A DNA stretch of 23,372 nucleotides from Octopus sinensis (Eukaryota). The notes below the pieces were generated by a model that was not told the origin of the DNA, searched no databases, and worked only from the letters and a program-made list of their open reading frames with translations. Positions 1-10,099 of the stretch are shown piece by piece; position 1 is the stretch's first letter; each line of letters starts with the position of its first letter. Both the position numbers and the translations under genes were made by a program. The stretch is taken from NCBI RefSeq assembly GCF_006345805.1, contig NW_021836658.1, forward strand, positions 1-23,372. Reading direction: 5' to 3'.

Positions 1-495
1 AATCCTGATATAGTAGACATCCAGAGAAAAAAGACGCGAACATATGAACGTTCGATAACAGAATGGTAGCAGAGGTGCTTAGTAAATGGTAAAAGGAAAG
101 AAAAAAATAAATAGAAAGAGAAGTAGAGTGAGGGGCGGGGATTTAAGGATTGGCTTTAGGATAAAGTAAGGTGTATAGGTGTATGGTGTCTAAGAATTGT
201 GTACGGAGTAGCCGAGAAGATAAGAGAGAGAGAGAGAGGATGAGGAGGTAGAGGAAGATTGGGTACAAAAATAGAGTAAAATGAAAGGATTTGAAAGAGA
301 GTAGTAGGTGTTTGTAGTAGTCTTAAAGTCTAAAGGTATTGGGGAGGAAAACTAGTAGTAAATTCTTGTATCCGTTCTGATGAAGATCAGTGGCTGTAGA
401 GTTATGTTTAGCAATGGGGTTATGGGTGTGTAGGTTGAAGAGAATGTATATGTTTGACAACTCCACAAGAATGGACAAAAGCGCTAATATATATA

Positions 496-719
496 CTCTA
501 CTCTCTTTTACTCTTTTACTCTTTTACTTGTTTCAGTCATTTGACTGCGGCCATGCTGGAGCACCGCCTTTAGTCGAGCAAATCGACCCCGGGACTTATT
601 CTTTGTAAGCCCAGTACTTATTCTATCGGTCTCTTTTGCCGAACCGCTAAGTGACGGGGACGTAAACACACCAGCATCGGTTGTCAAGCAATGCTAAGGG
701 GACAAACACACATACACAA

Positions 720-750
<31 letters not shown>

Positions 751-916
751 CATATATACGATAGGCTTCTTTCAGTTTCCGTCTACCAAATCCACTCACA
801 AGGCATAGGTCGGCCCGGGGCTTTAGTAGAAGACACTTGACCAAGATGCCACGCAGTGGGACTGAACCCGGAACCATGTGGTTGGTTAGCAAGCTACTTA
901 CCACACAGACACTCCT
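496..916 (-). mobile_element. tRNA-derived SINE, family A (CORE-like), near full length
   Basis: The minus strand starts AGGAGTGTCTGTGTGGTAAG (A-box-like), then GGGTTCAGTCCC (B-box-like) and GGCATCTTGGTCAAGTGTCTTCT (CORE-like). It has an internal (TA/TG)n tract and a 3' end GGCGGTGCTCCAGCATGGCCGCAGTCAAATGACTGAAACAAG(TAAAAGAG)n. Homologous copies lie at 6530, 7320, 8924 and 17758. Confidence 0.9.
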
Positions 917-1062
917 ACATCATATGATATGATGTATCATACTAATACACGTAACATACTAATAAAAATCTGTAAATATAAAACCATCCAGATTTCTGAG
1001 TACCTCCTTTCTTCTAATATATAATACCTGTACATAATCTCCAAACCTTCTAATATATATAT

Positions 1063-1103
1063 ATGGCCGCAGTCTAATGACTGAAACAGGTAAAAGGGAA
1101 AAG
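1063..1103 (+). mobile_element. SINE family A, 3' tip only
   Basis: ATGGCCGCAGTCTAATGACTGAAACAGGTAAAAGGGAAAAG matches the 3' terminus of the other family A copies. Confidence 0.7.
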
Positions 1104-1139
1104 ATATGTATGTATGTACGTATGTGTGTATATATATTT

Positions 1140-1485
1140 ATATATGGTAAAAGTATACATGGTATACAAGAAAACAAAGAAGGGAAGCGTATATAGTATA
1201 CAACAATATTAAGAAAGAAAGGAAAAAGTGACAGTGGTACATGAGGACGTCTGGGGATCATTGAGGCACCCCACCGTCCAAGATCTCCCTGAACACCAAG
1301 ATACCAAGAGCTGTCTAACTACCGTTCTTTGACTCCGCGGTACCATCCACTCATGCCATTTTCGCAACATTCATCCACCTTTCATGAAATTCACATGGGG
1401 ACACCGCCTGCCTCACAACCCTCACTTTGCTTTCAAAGTAGAACTTGAAGAAGTCAATGCGGATTCTACCAAATCAGAATGTTTC
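1140..1485 (-). mobile_element. L1/Tx1-like LINE 3' fragment (ORF2 C-terminus plus 3'UTR), decayed
   Basis: The minus strand translates DFFKFYFESKVRVVRQAVSPCEFHERWMNVAKMA*VDGT, resembling the F-x-x-R-W C-terminus of Tx1/L1 ORF2. A T-rich 3'UTR follows. The call rests on motif recognition only. Confidence 0.5.
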
Positions 1486-1486
1486 T

Positions 1487-1681
1487 GAAGGGTAGGTCGA
1501 TTAGATCGGGAAGGGTAGGTCGTTTACATCGACTTCATTATCGTACTTCAGTACTTCATGGTACTTCATTATCGACTCTAAAAGGGATGAAAGGCAAAAT
1601 CAACCTCGGCGAAATTTGCAGAACGTAAAGACGAACGAAATAATGCGAAGCATCTTGTCCGGCGTGTTTACGATTTTGCCA
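1487..1681 (-). mobile_element. tRNA-derived SINE, family B, decayed and internally rearranged
   Basis: The minus strand reads TGGCAAAATCGTAAACACGCCGGACAAGATGCTT...TTTACGTTCTG...GCCGAGGTTGATTTTGCCTTTCATCC, homologous to 14989-15407 and 12448-12665. Confidence 0.8.
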
Positions 1682-1683
1682 AT

Positions 1684-1727
<44 letters not shown>

Positions 1728-1772
1728 TAATAATAATGATAATAATAATAATAATGATAATAATAACAATAA
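1682..1772. repeat. (AAT)n microsatellite, 5' flank of the R4/Dong-like element
   Basis: Direct reading. Occasional AAC/GAT variant units. Confidence 0.95.
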
Positions 1773-4168
1773 TTGGAAGAATTCTGGAGAGAAATATGGT
1801 CGGCGAACGAACCACCAAAAAAAAGGAGTATCAAAATAACAAACTCGGCATCTGAACAACTTTGGACCCCCATAACAACTGAAGAGGTCACCCAGGCATT
1901 GCAAAGACTAAGCAACTGGAAGGCACCTGGGCATGACAAGATCCCCAACTTCTGGTTGAAATATCTAACAGGAATGCACAAAAAGCTGGCTGAAAACTTT
2001 AACAACGTACTAGCAGAGCCAGAGACAATGCCTGAATGGCTCACGAAGGGAAAACCATCTTAATTCCCAAATCAAATGAACAGAAAAACCAGAAAACTAA
2101 GACCAATAACTGCCTCCCTAACTATGTTCAAGACATTTACTGCAGTGACTATCACAAAGCTGAACAAGCACCTGGACGAAAACAAACTGTTCCCAGAAGA
2201 GCAAGAAAGGATGCCGCAAAGGCTCATATGGCTGTAAAGATCAACTAATGATTAATAAAGCCATAACTGAAGACAGCCACAGAAGAAGAAAGGCCTCATA
2301 TGGCCTGGATTGACTACAAAAAGGCGTTTGATAGCATCCCCCACACATGGATCCTCGAAACACTAGCCATTAACAAAGTAGCACCAACAATCATAAAATT
2401 CATAGAGCACTCTATGAATAAATGGCAAACAGTCCTACACCTCCAAACAAAAGAGGGACTCATGAAAACCAAAGACATCCCATTAGAAGAGGAATATTCC
2501 AGGGAGACACGCTCTCTCCACTCCTTTTCTGCTTGGCACTGTTACCTCTATCTGATATGCTAAATAGAACTGGATGTGGATATAGATGTTACGGCAAAAC
2601 GATCAGCCACCTTTTATATATGGATGACCTAAAATATACGCTGAAATGACAAACTGCTGGAAACACTATTAAAGACAGTTCATGGATTTACCAAAGAAAT
2701 AGATATGAAATTTGGATTAGAAAAATGCGCCAAAGTAACCATGAAAAGAGGAAACTAGTTAAGAGTAACAACATCACACTAGATAAAACCAATGAAATAA
2801 AAGAATTAGACCAAAGCCAAACTTACAAATACTTAGGAATCCATGAACTAGATAAGCCACAACACACACAAATGAAAGAGAAAATAAAAAAAGAATATTA
2901 TAGACGAGTTAGATCAATACTAAACACAGAGCTCAATGCTAAAAACAAGATAATAGGTATCAACACTTTAGCTGTCCAGTTATAAGTTACAGCTACAATA
3001 TTCTTAACTGGACACGAAATGAACTGACCAAATAGATAGGAAAACAAGAAAAATAATGACAGGATCTAGGATGCATCACCCAAAATCTGACATAGAAAGA
3101 CTATATATACAACGTATAGAAGGTGGTAGAGGCCTTATACAGCTGGAAAACTACTATAAAATAACCACCATAGGACTGCAAAAATATCTACTTCAGAAGA
3201 AAGAAAACTGATCCAGATAGCGGCAAAACACGAGCAAAAAAAAAAACTGTTCTCAGTATTTAAGGAAGCGACAAATACAAACAAGAAATCATACCACCTA
3301 ATAAACATGAAGAAGAAGAAGAAGAGATGAAAAAAACAACAAAGCTATTAAAACAAATGAAATCCAAACTAAAAATAGAACAGCAACGAACCATGATAAA
3401 ACGATGGCAAGAAAAGCCCCTTCATGGTAAATACTGGACTAAACTAAACGCAAAAGAAATAGACAAAGAAAAATCCCAGCAATGGTTGAGAAGCTCAGGA
3501 CTCAAAGCAGAAACAGAGGGATTTTTAATTGCAGCACAAGACCAAAGCCCCCCACCAGAAGTTACCAAAAACATGTAATGAAAAGAAATATTACAAGTAA
3601 CTGCAGAATATGTGGAGATGGACAGGAAACAATAATCATATTATCTCTAGCTGCCCAGTCCTGGCTAAGAAGGAATATATTCACAGACATGAGAGAGTTG
3701 GAACCTACATACATTGGAAGCTATGCCAACATTATGGAATAACAACAGAAAAAGATGGTATAGGCACACATACCAGAAAAGGTCACAGGAAACGAGAAGG
3801 CAACCATACTCTGGGATATGCCGATACACACAGATAGAGAAATTAAGGCCAACAGACAAGATATAGTGTCAGAGATCATGAAGGAAAAAAATGCTTTCTA
3901 ATTGATGTATCAATACCGGCTGATGACAACGTGTCTCTAAAAGAATGAGAGAAACTCTCAAAATACAAAGACCTGGAAATGGAGGTAACTAGAATGTGGA
4001 ATCTGAAAAACAAAACAATTCCTATCATAGTAGGTGCATTAGGCATGATAAAAAAATATTCAGACAAATACATAACAAAACACCAGGACTTACAAACACA
4101 TATACATACAGAAAATTGCACTACTAGGCACTGCACACATCCTACGCAGAACACTTTCCATACAATAA
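1773..4168 (+). pseudogene. RT-RLE polyprotein, disrupted by many single-base frameshifts
   Basis: ORF-track pieces 1773-2063, 2300-2563, 2422-2649, 2725-2985, 3327-3578, 3610-3837 and 3979-4230 are consecutive parts of one collinear RT/RLE protein in shifting frames. Confidence 0.88.
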
Positions 4169-4262
4169 CCATCAGAGCATCACAACAAATCACAGCACAT
4201 ACCCAAGGCACACAGAGCTGCGCTCGGTAGTGAAGTGAAAGCACGCTATAAAAATAAAACTA

Positions 4263-4265
<3 letters not shown>
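1773..4265 (+). mobile_element. 5'-truncated non-LTR retrotransposon with restriction-like endonuclease (R4/Dong-like)
   Basis: Frameshift-corrected translation gives EEFWREIW, NWKAPGHDKIPNFW, MAWIDYKKAFDSIPH, RRGIFQGDTLSPLLF (QGD at ~2500), HLLYMDDLK (YMDD 2617-2628), YKYLG, GGRGL, the CCHC knuckle CRICGDGQETxxHIISSC (~3602-3655) and the RLE motifs ILWDMPIHTDREIKANRQDIV...IDVSIP...KLSKYKDL...MW...IPIIVGALG. Stop at 4166-4168, then a 97-nt 3'UTR ending at (AAT)n. Confidence 0.93.

Positions 4266-4313
<48 letters not shown>
4266..4313. repeat. (AAT)16 microsatellite
   Basis: Perfect array between the LINE 3' end and the first 520-bp element. Confidence 0.95.
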
Positions 4314-4314
<1 letters not shown>

Positions 4315-4835
4315 GCTTCTGATCTTAACTGATTGGAAGTGTTATCATGTACATTGCTTTGTCTTGGTATAAAAGATGGGCTACAGCAAATATTCTGCTC
4401 AATACCACAGATTTGCTTGTCAGTTGTTTGACCTTAACCAGTTGAGCATGTCCCTTAATGGCTGACGATATGTGCATCTCTGATCACGAGCAGAAGTAGT
4501 GGGGGAGCATCATAGCCATGTGTTGAGAGGGATTCTTTGGGATTTGAATAATTCACCTCTGGAAACATGGGTGGTTCTTTCAACATCCTTAAACAACCCT
4601 TATTCAGGGACCTTTTGAGCGGGATGGGCTACTCAACCTGAAGAAAATTCTAACTGGGCCCCACCTGCAAGGTCATGTGCTGTTTATTTTGATATGAGAT
4701 CACCATGTCGCGCACATATGGTTGTGATGCATGTGCCTGGTGTACCCTTATCAGACGGGTAGTCATGATGGGTATATTGGGCTTCGTATATTTTACCCCA
4801 GTGTCACTTTGATGGCATGAACTGCTCTCTCACTC
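4314..4835 (+). mobile_element. ~520-bp non-coding interspersed element, copy 1, bounded by (AAT)n; probably the 3'UTR of, or a non-autonomous derivative of, a TAA-targeting LINE
   Basis: About 95% identical to 4974-5482 (about 26 substitutions and 3 indels by manual count). Ends ...GCTCTCTCACTC(AAT)n. No recognisable ORF. Strand is inferred from the (AAT)n tail. Confidence 0.7.
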
Positions 4836-4890
4836 AATAATAATAATAATAATAATAATAAAATAATAATAATAATAATAATAATAATAA

Positions 4891-4954
<64 letters not shown>

Positions 4955-4973
4955 TTATAATAAATAATAATAA
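4836..4973. repeat. (AAT)n microsatellite
   Basis: Direct reading. Confidence 0.95.
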
Positions 4974-5482
4974 CAGTGGCTCTCATGGCTACTGATCTTG
5001 ACTGATTGGAAGTGTTATCATGTACATTGTTTTGTCTTTGTATAAAAGATGGGCTACAGCAAATATTCTGCTCAATACCACAGATTTGCTTGTCAGTTGT
5101 TTGACCTTAACCAGTTGACCATGTCCCTTAGTGGCTGTCGATATGTGCATCTCTGATCATGAGCAGAAGTAGTGGGGAGCATCATAGCCATGTGTTGAGA
5201 GGGATTCTTTGGGGTTTGAATAATTCACCTCTGGAAACATAGGTGTTTCGTTCAACATCCTTAAACAACTCTTATTCAGGGATGTTTTGAGTGGGATTCT
5301 AACTGGGCCCCACCTGCAAGGTCATGCGCTGTTTATCTTGATATGAGATCACTATGTCACGCAAATATGATTGTGATGCATGCCTGGTGTACCCTTATCA
5401 GACGGGTAGTCATGATGGTTGTACTGGGCTTCGTATATTTTACCCCAGTGTCACTTTGATGGCATGCACTGCTCTCTCACTC
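4974..5482 (+). mobile_element. ~520-bp non-coding element, copy 2
   Basis: Homologous to 4314-4835. It has 13 extra 5' bases (CAGTGGCTCTCAT) and a 23-nt internal deletion relative to copy 1. Followed by degenerate (AAT)n. Confidence 0.7.
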
Positions 5483-5855
5483 GATAATAATAACAATAAT
5501 AATAAAATAATATAATAATAATAAAATAATAAAATAATAATAATAATAATAATAATAATAAGAAGAGAAGAAGAAGAAGAAGAAGAAGAATAAGAATAAT
5601 AATATAAATATTGCTACAGCTGTTAACAAGATGACCAGCAATAATAGTAGTAGTAGTAGTAGTGGTGGTGGTGCTAGTAGTAGTAGTAGCAGGATTAGTA
5701 TGTGTAGTAGCGTTAGCACCAGCAGTCGTAGCAGCAGCAGTTTGGAGAGAGTGGAGTGGGTGGCGGTAAATATCATCTTAATGGCGTTAGTTTTAATAAT
5801 GCTTGGCGGTGGTAGTGGTGGTGGTGGTGGTGGCGGTGGTGATGTTGTTGGTGGT
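5483..5855. repeat. Compound triplet low-complexity block (AAT, GAA, TAG/CAG, TGG)
   Basis: Direct reading. Confidence 0.85.
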
Positions 5856-5967
5856 AGTTGGCCCTGTGCCATGTATGAAGTATGCGATGACACTTCTACT
5901 TAAAATAAATACCTTTCTTTCATTTGTTTTATAATCTTAATGTCCAGAACACTCTCACACACTCAGG

Positions 5968-5991
5968 CACAACACACACACACACACACAT

Positions 5992-6043
<52 letters not shown>

Positions 6044-6106
6044 GTCTGTGTGTGTACATACGTATACATACACATATATGTATATGTGTGTATGCATATA
6101 TATATA

Positions 6107-6153
<47 letters not shown>

Positions 6154-6185
6154 GTATGTATATATATATTCACGCGCACACACAT
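5968..6185. repeat. (CA)n/(TA)n compound microsatellite
   Basis: Direct reading. Confidence 0.9.
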
Positions 6186-6473
6186 AGTTTGCGTACTCTT
6201 AGATGTGTGCTACCATACATATTCATACGTTTACAGAATTAAGTACATCCCTACACATATATGTCCTACATATCTTTAGTATTCAAATAGTGCATACACA
6301 CACATATAAAAATATACACCCATGCACACGTATACACATTGCCCTAGATACAAAGTCATTTATTCACGCATTAATTTATATTACATTTTACTGTCCAGAT
6401 AACTTGCAAACATTAACCGTCACACACTATACGTATTATAGATTACATACAATATATACATACATACATGCCT

Positions 6474-6505
<32 letters not shown>

Positions 6506-6529
6506 GTCTTTGCGTGTGTATACGTATAT

Positions 6530-6885
6530 AGGAGTGGCTGTGTGGTAAGAAGTTTGGTTCCTAACTGCATGGTTCCGGGTTCAGTCCCACTGGGTGGCAT
6601 CATGGGCACGTATCTTCTAGTTTCTCCTCGGGTCGACCAAAGCGCTTGTGTGTGTGTGTATATTTGTGCGTGTGTATTTGTCTGTGTGTCATTGTTTCTC
6701 TCCCGCACCGTTGTTGACAAACGTTTTTGGTATGTTTACGTCCGCGTACCTTAGCGGTTCAGCCAAAGTGACTGATGTAAGTACTAGGCTCTCGAAGAGT
6801 AAGTCCTGGGATCGGTTTGCTCAACTAAAGGCGGTGCTCCAGCATGGCCGCAGTCAAATGACTGAAACATGTTAAAGAATAAAAG
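6530..6885 (+). mobile_element. SINE family A with internal deletion
   Basis: Starts AGGAGTGGCTGTGTGGTAAG, contains GGGTTCAGTCCC, and ends AAAGGCGGTGCTCCAGCATGGCCGCAGTCAAATGACTGAAAC. It lacks the GGATTTGGTAGACGGAAACTGAAAGAAGC segment present in the other copies. Confidence 0.88.
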
Positions 6886-7319
6886 GTTATATATGTATCA
6901 AATGAAATACACAACCGAAAGAGCTACTAACAGTTTCATGCTGTTATGTAAATTGAACAGGCATATTTATAAAATACGCCGTGTATCATTAAGCAATCTT
7001 TCAGGCTCTGTTTATTCATGATATATAATTTTTAAAAACAAGGACTCTGGACAGTTGGCAAATAAGAAAAATCAGGAAAATTCAGGAAGACGTTTGGTGC
7101 AAAACAGGGAATGAGAAGAAAAGAAACAAAATCAAGAATTACAATCTATTTCTTCCGTGATAACAGAAAGCTAATTAAATATAGCTGGTTTTGAACAAAA
7201 TTTGATATGTCAAAGTCTGCGAGTCAGCAAGCCAATCCGAAGTAAGCGGTGCTCTCCAGTTCGATAAAGGAAATTTGTCTATTTGCATATATCTCCTAAA
7301 ATTTCCAGATCTCGAATTA

Positions 7320-7700
7320 AGCAGTGTGGCTGTGTGGTAAGAAGCTTGCTTTCCGACCATATGGTTCCGGATTCAGTCCTACAGTATGACACTTTGGCAA
7401 GTGTATTCTGCTGTAGCCTGTGGCTGACCAAATACGTTGTAAGATTTGGTAGACGGAAACTAAAAGAAGCCCGTCGTGTATATATCTATAGATATATGTA
7501 TATGTATCTTTCTGTCTGTCTTCGTCTCCTCACCACCACTTGACAACAGGTGTTGCTGTATTTACGTCCCTGTAACTCAACGGTTCGACAAAAAAGTTTC
7601 AAAATGGTGGGCGAGTAGGTTGAGTTCTTCGGCCAAAACCTTTCAAGGTGTTGTCCAAGCATGGCCGCAGTCAAACATTGGAAAGAAGTAAATGAAAGAT
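7320..7700 (+). mobile_element. SINE family A, diverged copy
   Basis: Reads GTGGCTGTGTGGTAAGAAGCTTGC...GGATTCAGTCC...GATTTGGTAGACGGAAACTAAAAGAAGCCCGTCG...AGCATGGCCGCAGTCAAA. Confidence 0.85.
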
Positions 7701-7718
7701 AGCAGATACTCACACACA

Positions 7719-7749
<31 letters not shown>

Positions 7750-8082
7750 CACACATAAAAATCGAACAATTTGTAGATACAAGTTCTTTACTTATGGGTT
7801 AAGGCTACCAGTAGTTTCATGTCAGGAAAGAAATCTCTTAGCAATTATCACTCCTGCCACACGGTGGAGACGAGCACCGATGTTCCATACAGAAGGCTTG
7901 AAAATTATTACTAGATTTCCCTCCTTTAACATGAAACCAATGGAAGTTTTAAACTCACAATTATATATCCTCTACCACTATAGTTACCAGCACCATTCCT
8001 ACTGCAACCAGTTCTACCTACATCATGAACATCAGTAGAAAGATACTCTATCATCAACACGACCCTCATCAACAACATGTCC

Positions 8083-8430
8083 TCCTCATCATCATCATCA
8101 TCATCAATACCACCAGTGCTCTCAATCCATCACCATCCCCATCACTACCATCACCACCTCCATTATCATCATTACTGTCATCACCACCATCACCATCACT
8201 ACTATCGTATTCATCACCACCACTATCATCATAACTACCACCACCGTCTTCTTCTTCTTCTTCTACTTCTTCTCCTTTCTCCTCCTCCTCCTCCTCCCTT
8301 TTCTTCTTCTTCTTCTTCTTCTTCTTCTTCTTCTTCTCCTCCTCCTCCTCCTTCTTCTTCTTCTCCTCCTCCTCCTCCTCCTCCACCTCCTCCTTTCTTC
8401 TTCTTCTTCTTCTTCTTCCTCCTCCTCTTC
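8083..8430. repeat. Compound triplet block (CAT, CAC, CTT, CCT)
   Basis: Direct reading. The 3' half is a pure pyrimidine tract. Confidence 0.9.
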
Positions 8431-8892
8431 CCCTTCATCTTCAAAGCAGCCCCTTGAAAAAAAACCAACCTTTACCTTTTTTCCCCTTTCCTTTCTCGAA
8501 AACTAACAATTACGTTCCAATGTAGTTGTTGTCATGTCTTCGTCTCCAAATTATTAAGGAACGAAACGTTGTGTCAGTCTTTGTGTTGTCTTCGGTGATT
8601 GATGATCGGACGAACTTGAATGAGAAAGCTCCGACACCTGACTCACTAGATTCGTACAGAAAATATGTCACAAATTTCTATTTTCTGTTTTACAGTATTG
8701 ATATTTTCCTTTCTTTCCACACACAATTACGCCCGCACGTGTGTGTATACACATATATGTATATGGGCACACACGTACACACACACACCACGTATCCTTA
8801 TATATGTGTGTACGTAAGTATGCATATATATTTACGTATGTACTTATGTATGTATGTACGTATGTATGTATGTATGTATGTATGTGTGTATG

Positions 8893-8923
<31 letters not shown>

Positions 8924-8924
<1 letters not shown>

Positions 8925-9320
8925 CTCTTTTACTTGTTTCAGTCATTTGACTGCAGCCATGCTGGAGCACCGCCTTTAGTCGAGCAAATCGATCCCTGGA
9001 CATTCTATGTAAGCCTAGTACTTATTCTATCGGTTTCTTTTGCCGAACCGCTATGTTACCAGGGCGTAAACACACCAGCATCGATTGTCAAGCGATGTTG
9101 GTGGACAAACACAGAATCACAAACATATACACTCACATACACATATTTACATATATACGACGGGCTTCTTTCAATTTCCGTCTACCAAATCCACTCACAA
9201 GGGTTTGGTCGGCCCGAGGCTATAGTAGAAGACACTTGCCCAAGGTGCCACGCAGTTGGACTGAAAACGGAACCATAGTGTTGGTAAACAAGCTACGTAC
9301 CACACAGCCACTCCTGCGCC
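8924..9320 (-). mobile_element. SINE family A, full length
   Basis: The minus-strand head is GGCGCAGGAGTGGCTGTGTGGTA. It is collinear with 496-916 through to the AAACAAGTAAAAGAGT tail. Confidence 0.9.
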
Positions 9321-9565
9321 TATATATATATATATATATATATATATTCTTTTAACTTGTACTAGTCCCAGTCATTGGATTGCAGCCTTTCATCCCCAAC
9401 GTCTTGCAACGAGGTGCAGTAAAACAGATCGACACTACAATTTATTTGTTTTTAATGTTTGATTCTTATTCTGTCATTCGCTTTGAGCAAACCGCTCAAC
9501 TAGGAATTCTCAGAGATGCCGAGACCAGTTTTTATGTAGTTGTATGCACAAACACAAAGTGAAAT

Positions 9566-9566
<1 letters not shown>

Positions 9567-9609
<43 letters not shown>

Positions 9610-9611
9610 GC
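9567..9611. repeat. (CA)n-(CG)n alternating purine-pyrimidine tract
   Basis: Direct reading: about 14 CA units followed by about 8 CG units. Confidence 0.9.
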
Positions 9612-10099
9612 ATACATGAATGTCGGGCTTCTGCGTTGTATTATGAGGGTATGTGCGGTAATAGCGAGTCGTTAAGTCCACCATTTGTTGGTAATTCTCT
9701 ACTCCTGGCGGATGACATCTTTGCACCACTCAGCCGTCAACCTCCACCACCAGTCCAGGGGTCTTTTTTGAGTGGTCGTTGCTGGTTAGAGTTTTCCGCG
9801 GTCGGAGTTCAAATCTTACTTCAACCTCTTTTAGTCAACCTCTTTTAGACGTAGAGGAATAATCGTAAAATATTAAGTGTATCGATAATCGCAAAGGTAT
9901 GTCTGTATTTTTATTCAGGCATGTATGACATTTTGAAGTCTGCTATTTCGTATACCTCTTGATAAATGATATTTCACACAAATGACGAAGGAGTGGAGAA
10001 TGAACAATATTTCACCACTCAGCATCTCATCAATTTAGCATCTCTTTTATCTTGTCAAAGAAAATATTTCTCCACCGTTCACTATTTTACCCTCGTTCT

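Noticed and set aside
377-440. CTGATGA at 377-383 as a hammerhead core
   Set aside because: There is no downstream GAAA with a closing stem II, stem III or stem I partner.
3920-3960. CTGATGA...GAAAC inside the LINE
   Set aside because: The intervening bases do not pair, and the sequence is explained by RLE coding (PADDNVSLKE.EKL).
7225-7290. CCAAT (7232) and octamer ATTTGCAT (7281) as a promoter
   Set aside because: Short motifs are expected by chance in AT-rich DNA, and there is no associated gene or snRNA.
8526-9278. 250-aa ORF as a host gene
   Set aside because: It runs through a microsatellite and an antisense SINE. The unique first 60 codons have no recognisable motif in either strand.
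9770-9850. tRNA-like A/B boxes (TGGTTAGAG...GAGTTCAAATC) followed by a 14-bp tandem duplication TCAACCTCTTTTAG
   Set aside because: There is no cloverleaf and box spacing is short. At most this is a very old SINE head.
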